A stretch of 64,000 nt of DNA from Desulfuromonadales bacterium (GCA_033549025.1 JAWSUS010000012.1:27480-91479); one strand, 5' to 3'; counted from the stretch's first letter, positions 16,733-30,352 are shown. Notes: generated by a model from the sequence alone, not told the origin. Numbers and translations: made by a program.

Positions 16733-19531
16733 TCACCCCGTGTTGCGCAAGCCGGCGGCAATGCCGTTGATGGTGGCCGCCAGCGCGTAGTTCAATTCAT
16801 CATTTTCTTCCTGGGCCCGTTTGCGGCGCAGCAGCTCGATCTGAATGAGACTCAGGGGATCGACATAGGGCTTCCGTAGCTGCAGGGAGCGGGCCAGGGG
16901 CTGGTTTTTTTCCAGCAGCCGCGTCTGTTCGGTGATGGTCAGCAGCACCTGGCGGGTGCGGTGGAACTCGTCGACAAAGAGGTCGAAGACGCGCTGCCGC
17001 ACCTCGCTGTCGGTCACCAGCCCGGCGTAGAGGCGGGCCAGGGGGAGATCGACCTTGGTCAGAGCCAGCTCGATGTTGCGCATCATATCGGAAAAAAACG
17101 GAAACTCTTTCATCATCTCCCGCACCAGGGTCTCTTTCTCCCGATCTTCTCCCATAAAACGCTCGAAGGCATAACCGACCCCAAACCAGCCGGGAATAAC
17201 GTGACGGCTCTGCATCCAGCCGAAGCCCCAGGGGATGGCGCGCAGGTCGTCGAGGCTCTGGCTGTCTTTGCGGCGCGATGGCCGCGAGCCGATCTTGGCC
17301 AGTTCGAATTCGAGGACGGGCGTGGCCTGTTCGAAATAGGGGAGGATGTCGGGATTTTCGGCGATCTTGTCCCGGTAGCGGGCAAAGGCGTAGCCGGAGA
17401 TCTCCTCCAGGGCTTCTTCCCAACGGGCGGGGATTTCCGGGCAGTCCAGCAGGGAAGGGCAGAGGGCCTCCAGCGAGGCGGCGACCATCAGCTCCTGGTT
17501 GCGCAGGGCGAGCTGAGGGTCGGAATACTTGAAGTTGATCACTTCGCCCTGTTCCGTGAGCTTGAAGGTGCCGGTGAAGGCCCCCGGCGGCTGGGCGACG
17601 ATGGCCCGGTGGGTGGGTCCGCCGCCGCGCCCCACGGTGCCGCCGCGGCCGTGAAAGAGGCACAGTTTCACCTGGCATTCCTCGGCAACCCGATGCAGGG
17701 CGCGATGGGCCTTGAAGATTTCCCAGGTGCTGGTGATCATGCCGCCGTCCTTGTTGGAGTCCGAATAGCCGAGCATGATCTCCTGCCAGCGCCCCCAGGA
17801 ATCGAGATAGGGCTGGTAGTCCGCCGCGTTCCACAGGCTGCGGCAGATGGCGGGGGCGTTGCGCAGATCCTCAATGGATTCGAACAGCGGGACAGGCATC
17901 AGGCCGGGGTCTCGTGCCGTTCTATCCCCTTTAACCGTGATGCCCGCCAGTTCGCACAACCACACCAGGGCGCGGATGTCGGCCACGCCGCTGGCCCCGC
18001 TGATAACGTAGCTGCGGATGGCCTGGGCGATGCCGCGTTTTTTCTGGTCGGCGATGGCGCGCAGGGCCTTGAGCAGCTCTTCCGTCTGTCGCGAAGGGGG
18101 GGTGGGAAAATCCTCGGCGGACTCGGCGCAGCCCTGGCTGCCGGCGGCCAGCTCGTGCAGAGCCTGGCTGTGGACCCGGGCATGCTGGCGAATGTCGAGG
18201 GTGTGCAGATGAAAACCGAAGGTGTCGACCTTGCGCAGCAACGGGTCGAGCCATTGTCGGGCCAGGCGGCCGCCGCCGTTCTCTATCAGGCTCTCGCGCA
18301 CCAGTTCGAGGTCTTCGGCAAACTCGGTGGCGACATCGTAGGACTCGTCGGTTCGGGGCTGACGCAGCGCCCCCTGCAGGCGGTAGAGAACGAAGCCGAG
18401 CAGCTGCCGATAGCTTTCGCAGGGGAAGCCGTCGGACAGGCTCTGTTCAAAGGCGGGATAAGCCTGCCGGTAGGCCTCCAGGCGTCGGGTAAGGGCGCGG
18501 GAGACGGGAACCCGGCAGGTGGAGGGGGTGAGCAACTCCTGCAGCAGGCTGACGGCTTCGAGGTAATGGCCCAGAATGAGGGCCCGGGCCTGGCCCAGCG
18601 CCTCCAGGGTCGATTCCGGCGTGACGAAGGGGTTGCCATCGCGATCGCCGCCGATCCACGAACCGTAACGGAGCACCGTCGGCAGGTCGTGCGCTTCGAT
18701 CGGCCGCCCGTAAACCTCCTGCAGGGCGGCGGCCATGTCCACGTACAGGTCATGGGTGGGAGGGAGCAGGGCATTGAGATAGTGGTCGAAACCCATGCGG
18801 ATTTCGTCGCTGACCGTCGGCTTGCGGCGGCGGACCTCGTCACTCTGCCACAGGGCGGTGATGTCGGAGAGAATCTCCTGCTGCCCTTGCCGGACGTCCG
18901 CTTCGCCGAGGGGAAGACGATCCAGCTGTTCGAGTTGCTGGCCGATGCGGCGGCGTTTGAAGCGGACCACCCGGCGGGCGACTTCCGTCGGATGGGCGGT
19001 GAAGACCGGGATAATCTCAATGCGGGTCAGCCGTTCGAGGACGGCGTCGAGGTCTAGTCCTTTTTTCTGCAGTCGCAGCAGGGTTCCGCGCAGCGAACCG
19101 GCCTTGTCCGGGGCGCCCGCCTGCAGCCGTTCAGCCCGCCGGCGCCGCTTGCGGTGGTTGGTCTCGGCCAGGTTGGTCAGTTCAAAAAAGGTGGCGAAGG
19201 CCTTGATGATGGTGTGGGCCTGGGCCACGGAGAGATTTCGCACCAGGGCCAAGGCCTGCTCTATAAGCTCGCTCTCCACCGGGTCTTCCAGGGCGTCCGC
19301 TCCCGCCTTGTCCAGTTGCTCACGGTGACGGATGGCCAGCTGGCGCAGTTCTTCCTCCGTATTGTAGAGGTCGAGACCCGCCTGCTCGCGGATGACGGTG
19401 CCGAGCATCTTGCCGAGAGAGCGCACATCCCGGCGCAGGGGGATGTCCTTGCTCTCTTCCTGCCGGCTGGTCAATTCGACCAGGCGTTCCATCTGGTCGC
19501 CGGGATACCAGTAGTTCTCCTCGCTGGGCAT
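16733..19531 (-). CDS. ppc: Phosphoenolpyruvate carboxylase
   Basis: VFTAHPTE, GSWIGGDRDGNP, MLGYSDSNKDGG, FHGRGGTVGRGGG, C-terminal GLRNTG. Confidence 0.97.
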   Translation of the reverse strand: MPSEENYWYPGDQMERLVELTSRQEESKDIPLRRDVRSLGKMLGTVIREQAGLDLYNTEEELRQLAIRHREQLDKAGADALEDPVESELIEQALALVRNLSVAQAHTIIKAFATFFELTNLAETNHRKRRRRAERLQAGAPDKAGSLRGTLLRLQKKGLDLDAVLERLTRIEIIPVFTAHPTEVARRVVRFKRRRIGQQLEQLDRLPLGEADVRQGQQEILSDITALWQSDEVRRRKPTVSDEIRMGFDHYLNALLPPTHDLYVDMAAALQEVYGRPIEAHDLPTVLRYGSWIGGDRDGNPFVTPESTLEALGQARALILGHYLEAVSLLQELLTPSTCRVPVSRALTRRLEAYRQAYPAFEQSLSDGFPCESYRQLLGFVLYRLQGALRQPRTDESYDVATEFAEDLELVRESLIENGGGRLARQWLDPLLRKVDTFGFHLHTLDIRQHARVHSQALHELAAGSQGCAESAEDFPTPPSRQTEELLKALRAIADQKKRGIAQAIRSYVISGASGVADIRALVWLCELAGITVKGDRTARDPGLMPVPLFESIEDLRNAPAICRSLWNAADYQPYLDSWGRWQEIMLGYSDSNKDGGMITSTWEIFKAHRALHRVAEECQVKLCLFHGRGGTVGRGGGPTHRAIVAQPPGAFTGTFKLTEQGEVINFKYSDPQLALRNQELMVAASLEALCPSLLDCPEIPARWEEALEEISGYAFARYRDKIAENPDILPYFEQATPVLEFELAKIGSRPSRRKDSQSLDDLRAIPWGFGWMQSRHVIPGWFGVGYAFERFMGEDREKETLVREMMKEFPFFSDMMRNIELALTKVDLPLARLYAGLVTDSEVRQRVFDLFVDEFHRTRQVLLTITEQTRLLEKNQPLARSLQLRKPYVDPLSLIQIELLRRKRAQEENDELNYALAATINGIAAGLRNTG

Positions 19532-19685
19532 GGCCGTAAATCCTTTCATCGATGGGAAGGTAACCTGCTCTGAAGTATACCAGCTCTGCGGCGGGCTTCA
19601 GGCCCGGGGGAGAAGATCGGGATTTCTGGTAGACTTACCGAAAGGGGACAAGGAGGAAGGACGCTTCTTGCCGAAGAGGAGCCCA

Positions 19686-20954
19686 ATGGCAGGAAAATTT
19701 CGATTCTGGCAGGGCCTGTTGGCGGTGCTGCTGCTGGCGAGCCTGCAGCTGTCGCCGGGGTGGGCGCCGAAGCCGGCTGCAGGGGCCGAGACGCAGACCC
19801 TCAGCCTGCACTACTACTGGGCGGCCAACTGCCCGCACTGCGCCGAAGCCAAGCCTTTTCTGGCGGAATTGACGGCGGCCTACCCCGGCCTGAATCTGGT
19901 CGAGTACGAAGTCTGGAGCAACCGGGAACATTTCGATCGCCTGGTTGCCCTGGCCGAGCAGTTCGGCAGCGGCACCGTCAGCACACCGGCCTTTCACATC
20001 GAGAACCGTTTGTGGTTCGGCTTTTCGGCGGAGACAGCCCGTGAGATCGAAGCCTTTGTGGCCCGGCGGCTGGGGCCGGAAGCGCCGGCGCCGGTCGCGT
20101 CTGCCGGGGAGGATTACGCCCTTCGCCTCCCCTTGTTGGGGGCGGTCGACGGCGAAAGTCACTCCCTGCTGCTAGTCACCCTGGTTCTCGGCCTGCTCGA
20201 CAGTTTCAATCCCTGCGCCTTTTTCGTCCTCTTCTTTCTGCTCAGTCTGCTGGTGCACGCGCATTCGCGCCGCTGGATGCTGCTGGTGGGCGGCACCTTT
20301 GTCTTTTGCTCGGGGCTGATCTATTTTCTGTTCATGGCCGCCTGGCTGAATCTCTTCCTGCTGGCGGGCCATCTGCCCTGGATTACGGTGACGGCCGGGC
20401 TGGTGGCCCTGGGGGTGGCCGCCATCAACATCAAGGACTTCTTCTGGTTTAAAAAGGGGGTGAGCCTCTCCATCCCCGAGGAGGCCAAGCCGAAGCTCTT
20501 CACCCGCATGCGCGCCCTGCTCGGTCAGCGCCGGCTGGGCCCGGTGCTGATGGCCACTCTGGTGCTGGCCGTGGCGGCCAATACCTACGAACTGCTGTGC
20601 ACCGCCGGGTTCCCCATGGTCTATACCCGGCTGCTGACCTTGCGTCCGCTGACCACCTGGCAGTATTATGGCTACCTTGTCCTCTACAACCTCGTCTACA
20701 TCCTGCCGCTGTTGACCATCACCCTGGTCTTTACCTGGACGCTGGGTTCGCGCAAGCTCAGCGAGTGGGAAGGCCGGGTGCTCAAGCTGCTGTCGGGGGT
20801 GATGATGCTGCTTTTGGGCGGCGTGCTGCTGATCCACCCGGCCTGGCTCAACAACCCGGCCGCCGCCGGCGGGATGCTGGCCATGGCCATCGGGGCGACG
20901 GCTGTGGTCGTGGTCGTCTATCGCCGCCTCTATCCACAGGGAAAAAACGATTGA
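19686..20954 (+). CDS. Thioredoxin/glutaredoxin-fold + CcdA/DsbD-like transmembrane protein
   Basis: Signal, CPHC redox motif, then about 6-7 TM helices with DSFNPC and ELLCTAG cysteines. Confidence 0.85.
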   Translation: MAGKFRFWQGLLAVLLLASLQLSPGWAPKPAAGAETQTLSLHYYWAANCPHCAEAKPFLAELTAAYPGLNLVEYEVWSNREHFDRLVALAEQFGSGTVSTPAFHIENRLWFGFSAETAREIEAFVARRLGPEAPAPVASAGEDYALRLPLLGAVDGESHSLLLVTLVLGLLDSFNPCAFFVLFFLLSLLVHAHSRRWMLLVGGTFVFCSGLIYFLFMAAWLNLFLLAGHLPWITVTAGLVALGVAAINIKDFFWFKKGVSLSIPEEAKPKLFTRMRALLGQRRLGPVLMATLVLAVAANTYELLCTAGFPMVYTRLLTLRPLTTWQYYGYLVLYNLVYILPLLTITLVFTWTLGSRKLSEWEGRVLKLLSGVMMLLLGGVLLIHPAWLNNPAAAGGMLAMAIGATAVVVVVYRRLYPQGKND

Positions 20955-20973
20955 GAGAAAGGAAGATTATCGC

Positions 20974-21735
20974 ATGAGTCTCGCAGGAAAAAACGTCCTG
21001 ATCACCGGTGGAGCCCAGGGAATCGGCCGCGGTCTGGCCGAGCGCTTTCTGGCCGAGGGGGCCCGGGTGATGATCGCCGATATCGACGACGCCGCCGGTC
21101 GAGAGACCGAACAGGAACTGCAGGCGGCAGGGGAGGTGCGTTTTTTTCGCGCCGATGTGGCTTCGGAGGAGGAGGTCGGCAGCCTGGTCGCGCAGACGCT
21201 GCACACCTTTGGCGGTCTGGATGTGCTGATCAACAACGCCGGCATCATGATCCGCCGGCCCCTGACGGAGCTGAGCCTGGCGGAATGGAACCGGGTCCTG
21301 GCCGTCAACCTGAGCGGCGCTTTCCTCTGCGCCCGCGCCTGCGCCCCCGCCCTGCGCCAAACCAAAGGCGCCCTGCTCAATATCGCCTCCACCCGGGCCC
21401 TGATGTCCGAGGCCGACACGGAAAGCTATGCGGCCTCCAAGGGGGGGCTTCTCGCCCTCACCCACGCCCTCGCCGTCAGTCTCGGGCCACAGGTACGGGT
21501 AAACTGTATCAGTCCGGGCTGGATCGACGTGTCCGGCTGGGCCAAAAAATCCGTCCGGGCTCAGGAAGAGCTGAGTGAAGCCGATCATGCCCAGCATCCG
21601 GCCGGGCGGGTGGGTACGCCGTCCGACATCGCCTCGCTGGTCGTGTTTCTCTGCCGCCCCGAAAACAGCTTCATCACCGGTCAGAATTTTGTCGTGGACG
21701 GTGGCATGACGCGCAAAATGATTTACATCGAGTAA
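20974..21735 (+). CDS. Short-chain dehydrogenase/reductase
   Basis: [21 protein letters not shown]. Confidence 0.93.
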   Translation: MSLAGKNVLITGGAQGIGRGLAERFLAEGARVMIADIDDAAGRETEQELQAAGEVRFFRADVASEEEVGSLVAQTLHTFGGLDVLINNAGIMIRRPLTELSLAEWNRVLAVNLSGAFLCARACAPALRQTKGALLNIASTRALMSEADTESYAASKGGLLALTHALAVSLGPQVRVNCISPGWIDVSGWAKKSVRAQEELSEADHAQHPAGRVGTPSDIASLVVFLCRPENSFITGQNFVVDGGMTRKMIYIE

Positions 21736-21748
21736 ATTTTCCTCAAAA

Positions 21749-21780
21749 CTCACATATTTCTAACAAAACGGCCCTATATT
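21749..21780 (+). promoter_or_regulatory. Putative Pho-box promoter of phoBR
   Basis: CTCACA/CTAACA direct repeat at 11-bp period followed by TATATT; same motif upstream of pstS. Confidence 0.6.
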
Positions 21781-21824
21781 CCTCCAAATCGTGCGATATT
21801 CCCGAGGAGAAAAGAAGCGGACCC

Positions 21825-22514
21825 ATGAGCAAAGAGCGCATTCTCGTCATTGAGGACGAAGAGGATATTCTGGCCCTGATCCATTACAACCTGGCCAAGG
21901 AAGGCTACCAGGTCGCTGGCGCCATCAGCGGGGAAGAAGGGTTGCAGAGGGCCCGCAAGGAACCCTTCGACCTGGTGGTTCTCGACCTGATGCTGCCGGG
22001 ACTCGACGGCCTGGAGGTCTGTCGGGCGCTGAAGAGCGACCCGGCCCTGGCCCCGATTCCGATCGTCATGACCACGGCCAAAGGGGAGGAATCCGACGTG
22101 GTGCTGGGCTTGGAGATGGGCGCCGACGATTATGTCACCAAGCCTTTTTCGCCCAAAATCCTGCTGGCCCGTATCAAGGCGGTGCTGCGGCGCCGCAGCG
22201 AGGGGGAGCCCGCCGCGACGGAAGAGGTCCTGCGGCTGGGCGAGTTGGTCATCCATCCTGGCCGCAACGAGGTGCTGGTCGGTGGTGAGCCCGTCGAACT
22301 GACCTTCACGGAGTTTCGCGTCCTGCACTTTTTGGCCAGTCGTCCCGGCTGGGTCTTCACCCGCTACCAGATCGTCAATGCGGTGCGAGGCGACGACTAC
22401 TCGGTCACCGACCGGGCGGTAGACGTGCAGATCGTCGGACTGCGCAAGAAGCTGGGCCCCTGCGGCAAGGTCATCGAAACAGTCCGCGGCGTCGGCTACC
22501 GCTTCAAGGCCTGA
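21825..22514 (+). CDS. phoB: OmpR/PhoB-family response regulator
   Basis: Receiver (EDEED, LDLMLP, KPF) plus winged helix (ETVRGVGY); paired with PhoR-like kinase, pst operon nearby. Confidence 0.88.
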   Translation: MSKERILVIEDEEDILALIHYNLAKEGYQVAGAISGEEGLQRARKEPFDLVVLDLMLPGLDGLEVCRALKSDPALAPIPIVMTTAKGEESDVVLGLEMGADDYVTKPFSPKILLARIKAVLRRRSEGEPAATEEVLRLGELVIHPGRNEVLVGGEPVELTFTEFRVLHFLASRPGWVFTRYQIVNAVRGDDYSVTDRAVDVQIVGLRKKLGPCGKVIETVRGVGYRFKA

Positions 22515-22541
22515 TTATCCTTTCTCACGAGGCAAAATAAC

Positions 22542-24326
22542 ATGATGCGTCCCAAGCGGCTGCTCTGGCAGTTCTATATTCCCTGTCTGGTCATCATTCT
22601 CCTCTCCCTGCTGGTACTGACCTGGTATTTTTCTTCCACCCTGCGCTCCTCCTACCTCAAGCAGGCGGAAGAAGACCTGATGGCCCGGGCGCGCCTGGTC
22701 ACCGTGCAGGTCAAAGGGCTTTTCGCCGTCTCCCAGTCCCCCTATCTTGAAGCGCTGGTCGCTGAATTGGGGCAGGACTCGGCGACGCGAATTACCCTCA
22801 TCATGCCCTCGGGCGTGGTGCTGGCCGACTCGGAAGAAGAAGCCGCCCGTATGGAAAATCATGCGGGCCGGCCGGAAATTGTGGAGGCGATGCAGGGGCG
22901 CACCGGGCGCTCTGTCCGTTTCAGCCATACCATTCAGCAGGACATGATGTACGTCGCCCTCCCGGTGGCGGAGAACGGTGCCATCACCGGCGTGGTCCGG
23001 ACCGCCATGGCGATCACGGCCCTGGATGAAACCCTCGACACGCTGCTGCGCCGGGTCATTTTGGGCGGTTTGGCGGCGGCTGGGCTGGCGGCCCTGCTGA
23101 GCCTGCTCGTCTCCCGCCGCATCAGTCAGCCCCTGGAGATGATGAAGCAGGGAGCCGAGCGCTTTTCCCGGGGCGAGCTGCAGCAGCCGCTGGTCGTGCG
23201 AGGTTCGGCGGAGGTGCGTAGTCTGGCCGAAGCGATGAACAAAATGGCCGCCCAGCTCGACGAGCGTATCCGTACGGTGCTGCGCCAGCGCAACGAGCAG
23301 GAGGCCGTGCTGGCCAGCATGGTGGAAGGGGTGTTGGCGGTGGATGCCGAGGAGCGCATCCTGCGCCTGAACCGGGCGGCGGAAAAGCTGCTGGCTCTCG
23401 ACTCCGAAAAGGTGCAGGGAAGTCGTATCCAGGAGGTGGTGCGCAAGGCCGATCTGCAGCGTTTTATCGCCCAGGCGCTGGCCAGCCCGGAAGCGGTGGA
23501 AGGGGATATCGTCTTTCACGGGGAACCCGAACGTTTTCTGCAGGCCCACGGTACGGCCCTGCGCGGCTCCCAGGGGCAACGCATCGGCGTCCTTATTGTT
23601 CTTAATGACGTGACCCGCCTGCGCCGTCTGGAGACCATGCGCCGGGATTTCGTCGCCAACGTCTCCCACGAACTGAAGACGCCGATCACGGCCATCAAGG
23701 GGTTCGTCGAGACCCTTCTCGATGGCGCCATCAACCAGCCGGAAGACGCCCAGCGTTTTTTGACCATTGTCAGCAAGCAGGCCGACCGTCTCAATGCCAT
23801 CATCGATGATCTGCTCGATCTGTCCCGTATTGAGCAGGGTGCCGAGCGGCAGCAGATCGACCTGCAGCCGGAGGGGGTGGACGAGGTGGTGCGGTCGGCC
23901 ATCCAGTCCTGCGAGGTGCAGGCGCAGGAGCGGGGGATCCAGGTGGAGCAGGCCGTGGCCGATAACCTGCGGGCCCGTCTCAATCCGCCGCTGATCGAGC
24001 AGGCTCTGGTCAATCTCATCAGCAACGCGATCAAATATTCCCCCGAAGGCAGCCGGGTGCGGGTAGAAGGGGCGCAGGGGGACGAAGGCGTCGTCATCCG
24101 CGTCATCGATCAGGGCTGCGGCATTGCCCGCGAGCATCTGCCCCGTCTGTTCGAACGCTTCTACCGGGTCGATAAGGCCCGCAGCCGCCAGCAGGGGGGC
24201 ACCGGGCTGGGCCTGGCCATCGTCAAACACATCGTGCAGACCCATGGCGGCCGTGTCACCGTGGAAAGTGTTCCGGGTAAAGGCAGCACCTTCTCCATTA
24301 TCCTTCCCTCCGAGCCCCGGTCCTGA
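22542..24326 (+). CDS. phoR: PhoR-like sensor histidine kinase (HAMP, PAS)
   Basis: FVANVSHELKTP H-box, FERFYRVDKARSR, GGTGLGLAI. Confidence 0.9.
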   Translation: MMRPKRLLWQFYIPCLVIILLSLLVLTWYFSSTLRSSYLKQAEEDLMARARLVTVQVKGLFAVSQSPYLEALVAELGQDSATRITLIMPSGVVLADSEEEAARMENHAGRPEIVEAMQGRTGRSVRFSHTIQQDMMYVALPVAENGAITGVVRTAMAITALDETLDTLLRRVILGGLAAAGLAALLSLLVSRRISQPLEMMKQGAERFSRGELQQPLVVRGSAEVRSLAEAMNKMAAQLDERIRTVLRQRNEQEAVLASMVEGVLAVDAEERILRLNRAAEKLLALDSEKVQGSRIQEVVRKADLQRFIAQALASPEAVEGDIVFHGEPERFLQAHGTALRGSQGQRIGVLIVLNDVTRLRRLETMRRDFVANVSHELKTPITAIKGFVETLLDGAINQPEDAQRFLTIVSKQADRLNAIIDDLLDLSRIEQGAERQQIDLQPEGVDEVVRSAIQSCEVQAQERGIQVEQAVADNLRARLNPPLIEQALVNLISNAIKYSPEGSRVRVEGAQGDEGVVIRVIDQGCGIAREHLPRLFERFYRVDKARSRQQGGTGLGLAIVKHIVQTHGGRVTVESVPGKGSTFSIILPSEPRS

Positions 24327-24428
24327 CCGGTCGGGGTTGCGGGCCGCCTCGGGCGTGATAAGGTTTAACCGTTCTTTTAATCCCCGTGACAGGGGGGGAA
24401 CGGTTGAGCCCGCCCCGAGGAGGTCCCT

Positions 24429-27097
<2,669 letters not shown>

Positions 27098-27101
<4 letters not shown>

Positions 27102-27853
27102 TGGCGGTTTTCTCCTGCGACTGTGAAAAGCTCGACATCCTCTACGCCGACGACCACCTGGTGGCGATCAACAAACCGGCGGGGCTGCTGGTGCATCGCA
27201 GCCCCATCGACCGGCGTGAAACCCGTTTTGCCCTGCAGTTGTTGCGGGACCAGCTGGGCCGACCGGTTTACCCGGCCCATCGCCTGGACAAGCCGACCTC
27301 CGGCGTGCTCCTCTTCGCCCTCTCCCCCGAGGTGGCCCGCGCCTTGGGGGAGTCTTTCGCCCGGGGCGCGGTGGAAAAGACCTACCTGGCCGTACTGCGC
27401 GGCGTCTGCCCGGAGACCGGGATCATCGACTATCCCCTGATCGAAGAGCCCGACCGCCTCGCCGACTATCCGGCCCAGCCGGACAAGCCAGCCCAGGAGG
27501 CCGTGACCTCCTTCCGCCGCCTGGCGCAGGTCGAACTCCCCTTCGCCGTCGGGCGCTACCCCAGCAGCCGTTACAGCCTGGTGGAGGCCCGTCCCCACAC
27601 CGGGCGCCGTCATCAGCTGCGTCGCCACTTCAAACACCTCTTCCACCCCATTATCGGGGATACCAAGTACGGGGAAGGGCGCCACAACCGCTTTTTTCGG
27701 GAGCACTTCGGCTGCCACCGACTGCTGCTGGCCGCCACCCGCCTAGCTTTCCCCCATCCCCTGGACGGTCGGCAGCTCGTCATCGAGGCCCCTCTCGACC
27801 CGGCCATGGCTGCTCTGCTGGGGCAGCTGGGGTGGTCGGACTGTCTCCCCTGA
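27098..27853 (+). CDS. truC: tRNA pseudouridine synthase (TruC/RluA family)
   Basis: NKPAGLLVH, HRLDKPTSG, TGRRHQLRRH, HPIIGD. Confidence 0.9.
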
Positions 27854-27934
27854 GGAACTTTCGCTTCCTTCAAATCCTGCTAAAATTGTGGGGTCGTTTT
27901 TTGATGTCACCACTCAACCGAAGGAGAAAATCTC

Positions 27935-28396
27935 ATGATGAACAATGGAACAGGAAGACGCGTCGCTCTCTTTGTCCTTTTCGCCGGGATGCTGTTTTTC
28001 GCTCTACCCCAGGCTGTTTTCGCCGCTCCCAAGGAGGGCAAGGGGAAGCCGGACCGGATGGAGCAGATGCAGCAGGTCGCCGATGGCGATATGAAGACCC
28101 TGGAGAAGCGCCAGCAGGCCGAGCGCAAGGCGCTCGAAGAGCGCTACAAGGCGGACAAGGAGGCCCTCAAACAGCGGCATAAGCAGGAGCGCAACGCCTA
28201 TCAGGAACGCATGCGCTATGAAAAGAGTAAAGGAAAGGCCACCGACGAGGGTGAAAAGATGCGCAAGCGAGCCGAAGAAGTCGAGCGCAAGCGGGATTCA
28301 CAGCGTGAAGATGGGGATCGCCGCATGATCTGGGAGCGTCAGCGGGACCAGGAGCAGGAGGGCGAGACGGAGCGCAGGGGCAACGAAAGGAACTGA
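27935..28396 (+). CDS. Exported highly charged coiled-coil hypothetical protein
   Basis: RBS AAGGAG, signal peptide, E/R/K/Q-rich helix with KTLEKR/KALEER/EALKQR repeats. Confidence 0.75.
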   Translation: MMNNGTGRRVALFVLFAGMLFFALPQAVFAAPKEGKGKPDRMEQMQQVADGDMKTLEKRQQAERKALEERYKADKEALKQRHKQERNAYQERMRYEKSKGKATDEGEKMRKRAEEVERKRDSQREDGDRRMIWERQRDQEQEGETERRGNERN

Positions 28397-28418
28397 GGTT
28401 CTGCGTGACACAAACCTG

Positions 28419-28457
28419 AGAAAGGGCCACCGGGACAGATTTCCGGTGGCCCTTTCT
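28419..28457. terminator. Bidirectional terminator hairpin
   Basis: AGAAAGGGCCACCGG / CCGGTGGCCCTTTCT 15-bp inverted repeat between convergent ORFs. Confidence 0.8.
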
Positions 28458-28567
28458 TATGGTCGGGGCGGGCGGCGCCTTTTCCGGCGGGCCCGCAGGC
28501 CGAAAAAACAGCCGGCGGCGGTGAGCCCCCAAATCAGCAGGGTGACAATGGTTTCACTCTCTGGCAT
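28457..28567 (-). CDS. 36-aa single-TM small protein with Arg-rich tail
   Basis: AGGAGG RBS 6 nt before ATG; MPESETIVTLLIWGLTAAGCFFGLRARRKRRRPPRP; stop abuts the terminator. Confidence 0.6.
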   Translation of the reverse strand: MPESETIVTLLIWGLTAAGCFFGLRARRKRRRPPRP

Positions 28568-28731
28568 GCTTATCCTCCTGTCAATGATGATCGTGCCGCT
28601 ACTAAAACACGTTCCGGGCGCCGTTGCCTTGAGGCAGGTCAAAAAAGGGCTTGTCCCTGCTCAGGCCGTGGGTGTTTTATGGATCAGGCCCAGCCGCTTG
28701 GGACCACGCGGAAAACCGAGGAGATTTTATT

Positions 28732-29394
28732 ATGGAACAGATGATATTGGATGCCGTGGAGGCCAGGGTGCTCGGCTGTCTCCTGGAAAAAGAGATGGCG
28801 ACACCGGAATACTATCCTCTCAGCCTCAATGCCCTGACCAACGCCTGCAACCAGAAATCCAACCGCGAGCCGGTAATGGTTCTGGAGGAGACGGAGGTCG
28901 TGCGGGCGCTGGAGCGCCTTCGCCACGGCGGGCTGGCCATGCAGAGCGGCGAAGGGGGGAGGGTCCCCAAATACCGGCACACGCTGGCCGAGAAACTTCA
29001 TCTCGAGCCCGAGGAACTGGCCGTGCTCTGCGTGCTGCTGGTGCGCGGACCGCAGACCCTGGGCGAATTGCGGGGGCGCAGCGAGCGGCTGTATTCCTTC
29101 GAGGAGCTGGCGCAGGTGGAGGAGGTGCTGCAGGGGCTCGAACAGCGGCAGCCGCCCCTGGCGATCCGTCTCCCCCGTCAGCCGGGGCGTAAAGAGTCGC
29201 GCTACGCCCACCTCTTCGCCGGGGCGCCGCCGGAGGAAGCCGTCTGCTCCGAGGCTCCGGCCGAAGCGGCCACCCTGCGGGTGCGGGCCGAAGAGGAGCG
29301 TATGGCCCGTCTCGAGGACGAAGTGGCCGCCCTGCGTGAGGAGGTAGAGACCCTCCGGCGGGAGATGGCCGCCTTCAAGGCCCAGTTCGACTGA
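28732..29394 (+). CDS. YceH/DUF480 family protein
   Basis: EARVLGCLLEK..TPEYYPLSLNAL..ACNQKSNREPV, RGPQT, GRKESRYAHL. Confidence 0.9.
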   Translation: MEQMILDAVEARVLGCLLEKEMATPEYYPLSLNALTNACNQKSNREPVMVLEETEVVRALERLRHGGLAMQSGEGGRVPKYRHTLAEKLHLEPEELAVLCVLLVRGPQTLGELRGRSERLYSFEELAQVEEVLQGLEQRQPPLAIRLPRQPGRKESRYAHLFAGAPPEEAVCSEAPAEAATLRVRAEEERMARLEDEVAALREEVETLRREMAAFKAQFD

Positions 29395-30352
29395 GGGCGC
29401 TCTCCTCGGTTATAGGGGCCGTTACCGGTGCGCCGGTCTGGCGGGATGACTTGCGGCCGCCGTGACGGCTGATGAGGACGCCGGCCAGGACCAGAGCCGA
29501 GGCGGCCAGCTGCTGAAGATTTAGCCGCTCGCCGAGAAAGAGCATGGCCATGAGCACGCTGAAGACCGGGATGAGATTGACGAAGACCGCCGCCTGGCTC
29601 GCGGGGATGTGTTTGACGCCGATGTTGTAGCAGGTATAGGCCACCAGAGTGACGAAGAGGCCCAGGTAGGCGATGGCCAGGACCGGCACCAGCAGAAATT
29701 CGCTGGGGAGAACCGTCTGCGGCAGCAGCAGGAAAGGGAAGAAAAAGAGGCTGCCGGCGAAGGACTGGAAGGCCGCCATGAACAGGGGCGGGTAGCCGGC
29801 GCTCAGGTGACGCAGGGAGACGGTGTAGCCGGCCGCGCAGATCATGGCCAGAAATTCGTAGAAATTACCCAGCAGGGGGTTGGGTGCATAGGCGTCACTG
29901 CTGCTGGCCAGGCTCAGCCAGACGGCGCCGACGATGGCCAGCACAAACCCCGCCAGGGTCAGGCGGCTGATGCGCTCGCGCAGAAAGAACCAGGCGAGGA
30001 TGGCTACCAGGAGGGGCATCATGGCGGTAATCATCCCGGCCTGTGACGCCGTGGTGTTCTCCATGGCTCTGGCCTCGAAGACAAAGTAGAGACAGGGCTC
30101 GCACAGGGCCATGAGGGCCAGATATTTCAGATCTCCCCGGCGAAAGCGGATGCGGCGGAAGCTGGGAATAAAGGGGAGAAAAAAGAGGCTGGCCAGAAAC
30201 ATGCGTCCGAAAATGACGACCATGGGGTCGTAGCTTCTAAAAGCCAGTTTAAGGGCCACAAAAGAACTGGCCCACAGCAGCATGGCCGCCACCAGGCTGA
30301 CCAGGGGCAGCCACTCGATCTCCTCGTTCTTCACTCCAAACCCATCCTTCAT
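29375..30352 (-). CDS. DMT/EamA family transporter
   Basis: About 10 TM helices, LWASSF, two EamA repeats, NLIPVF, FLGE. Confidence 0.9.
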   Translation of the reverse strand: MKDGFGVKNEEIEWLPLVSLVAAMLLWASSFVALKLAFRSYDPMVVIFGRMFLASLFFLPFIPSFRRIRFRRGDLKYLALMALCEPCLYFVFEARAMENTTASQAGMITAMMPLLVAILAWFFLRERISRLTLAGFVLAIVGAVWLSLASSSDAYAPNPLLGNFYEFLAMICAAGYTVSLRHLSAGYPPLFMAAFQSFAGSLFFFPFLLLPQTVLPSEFLLVPVLAIAYLGLFVTLVAYTCYNIGVKHIPASQAAVFVNLIPVFSVLMAMLFLGERLNLQQLAASALVLAGVLISRHGGRKSSRQTGAPVTAPITEESALSRTGP

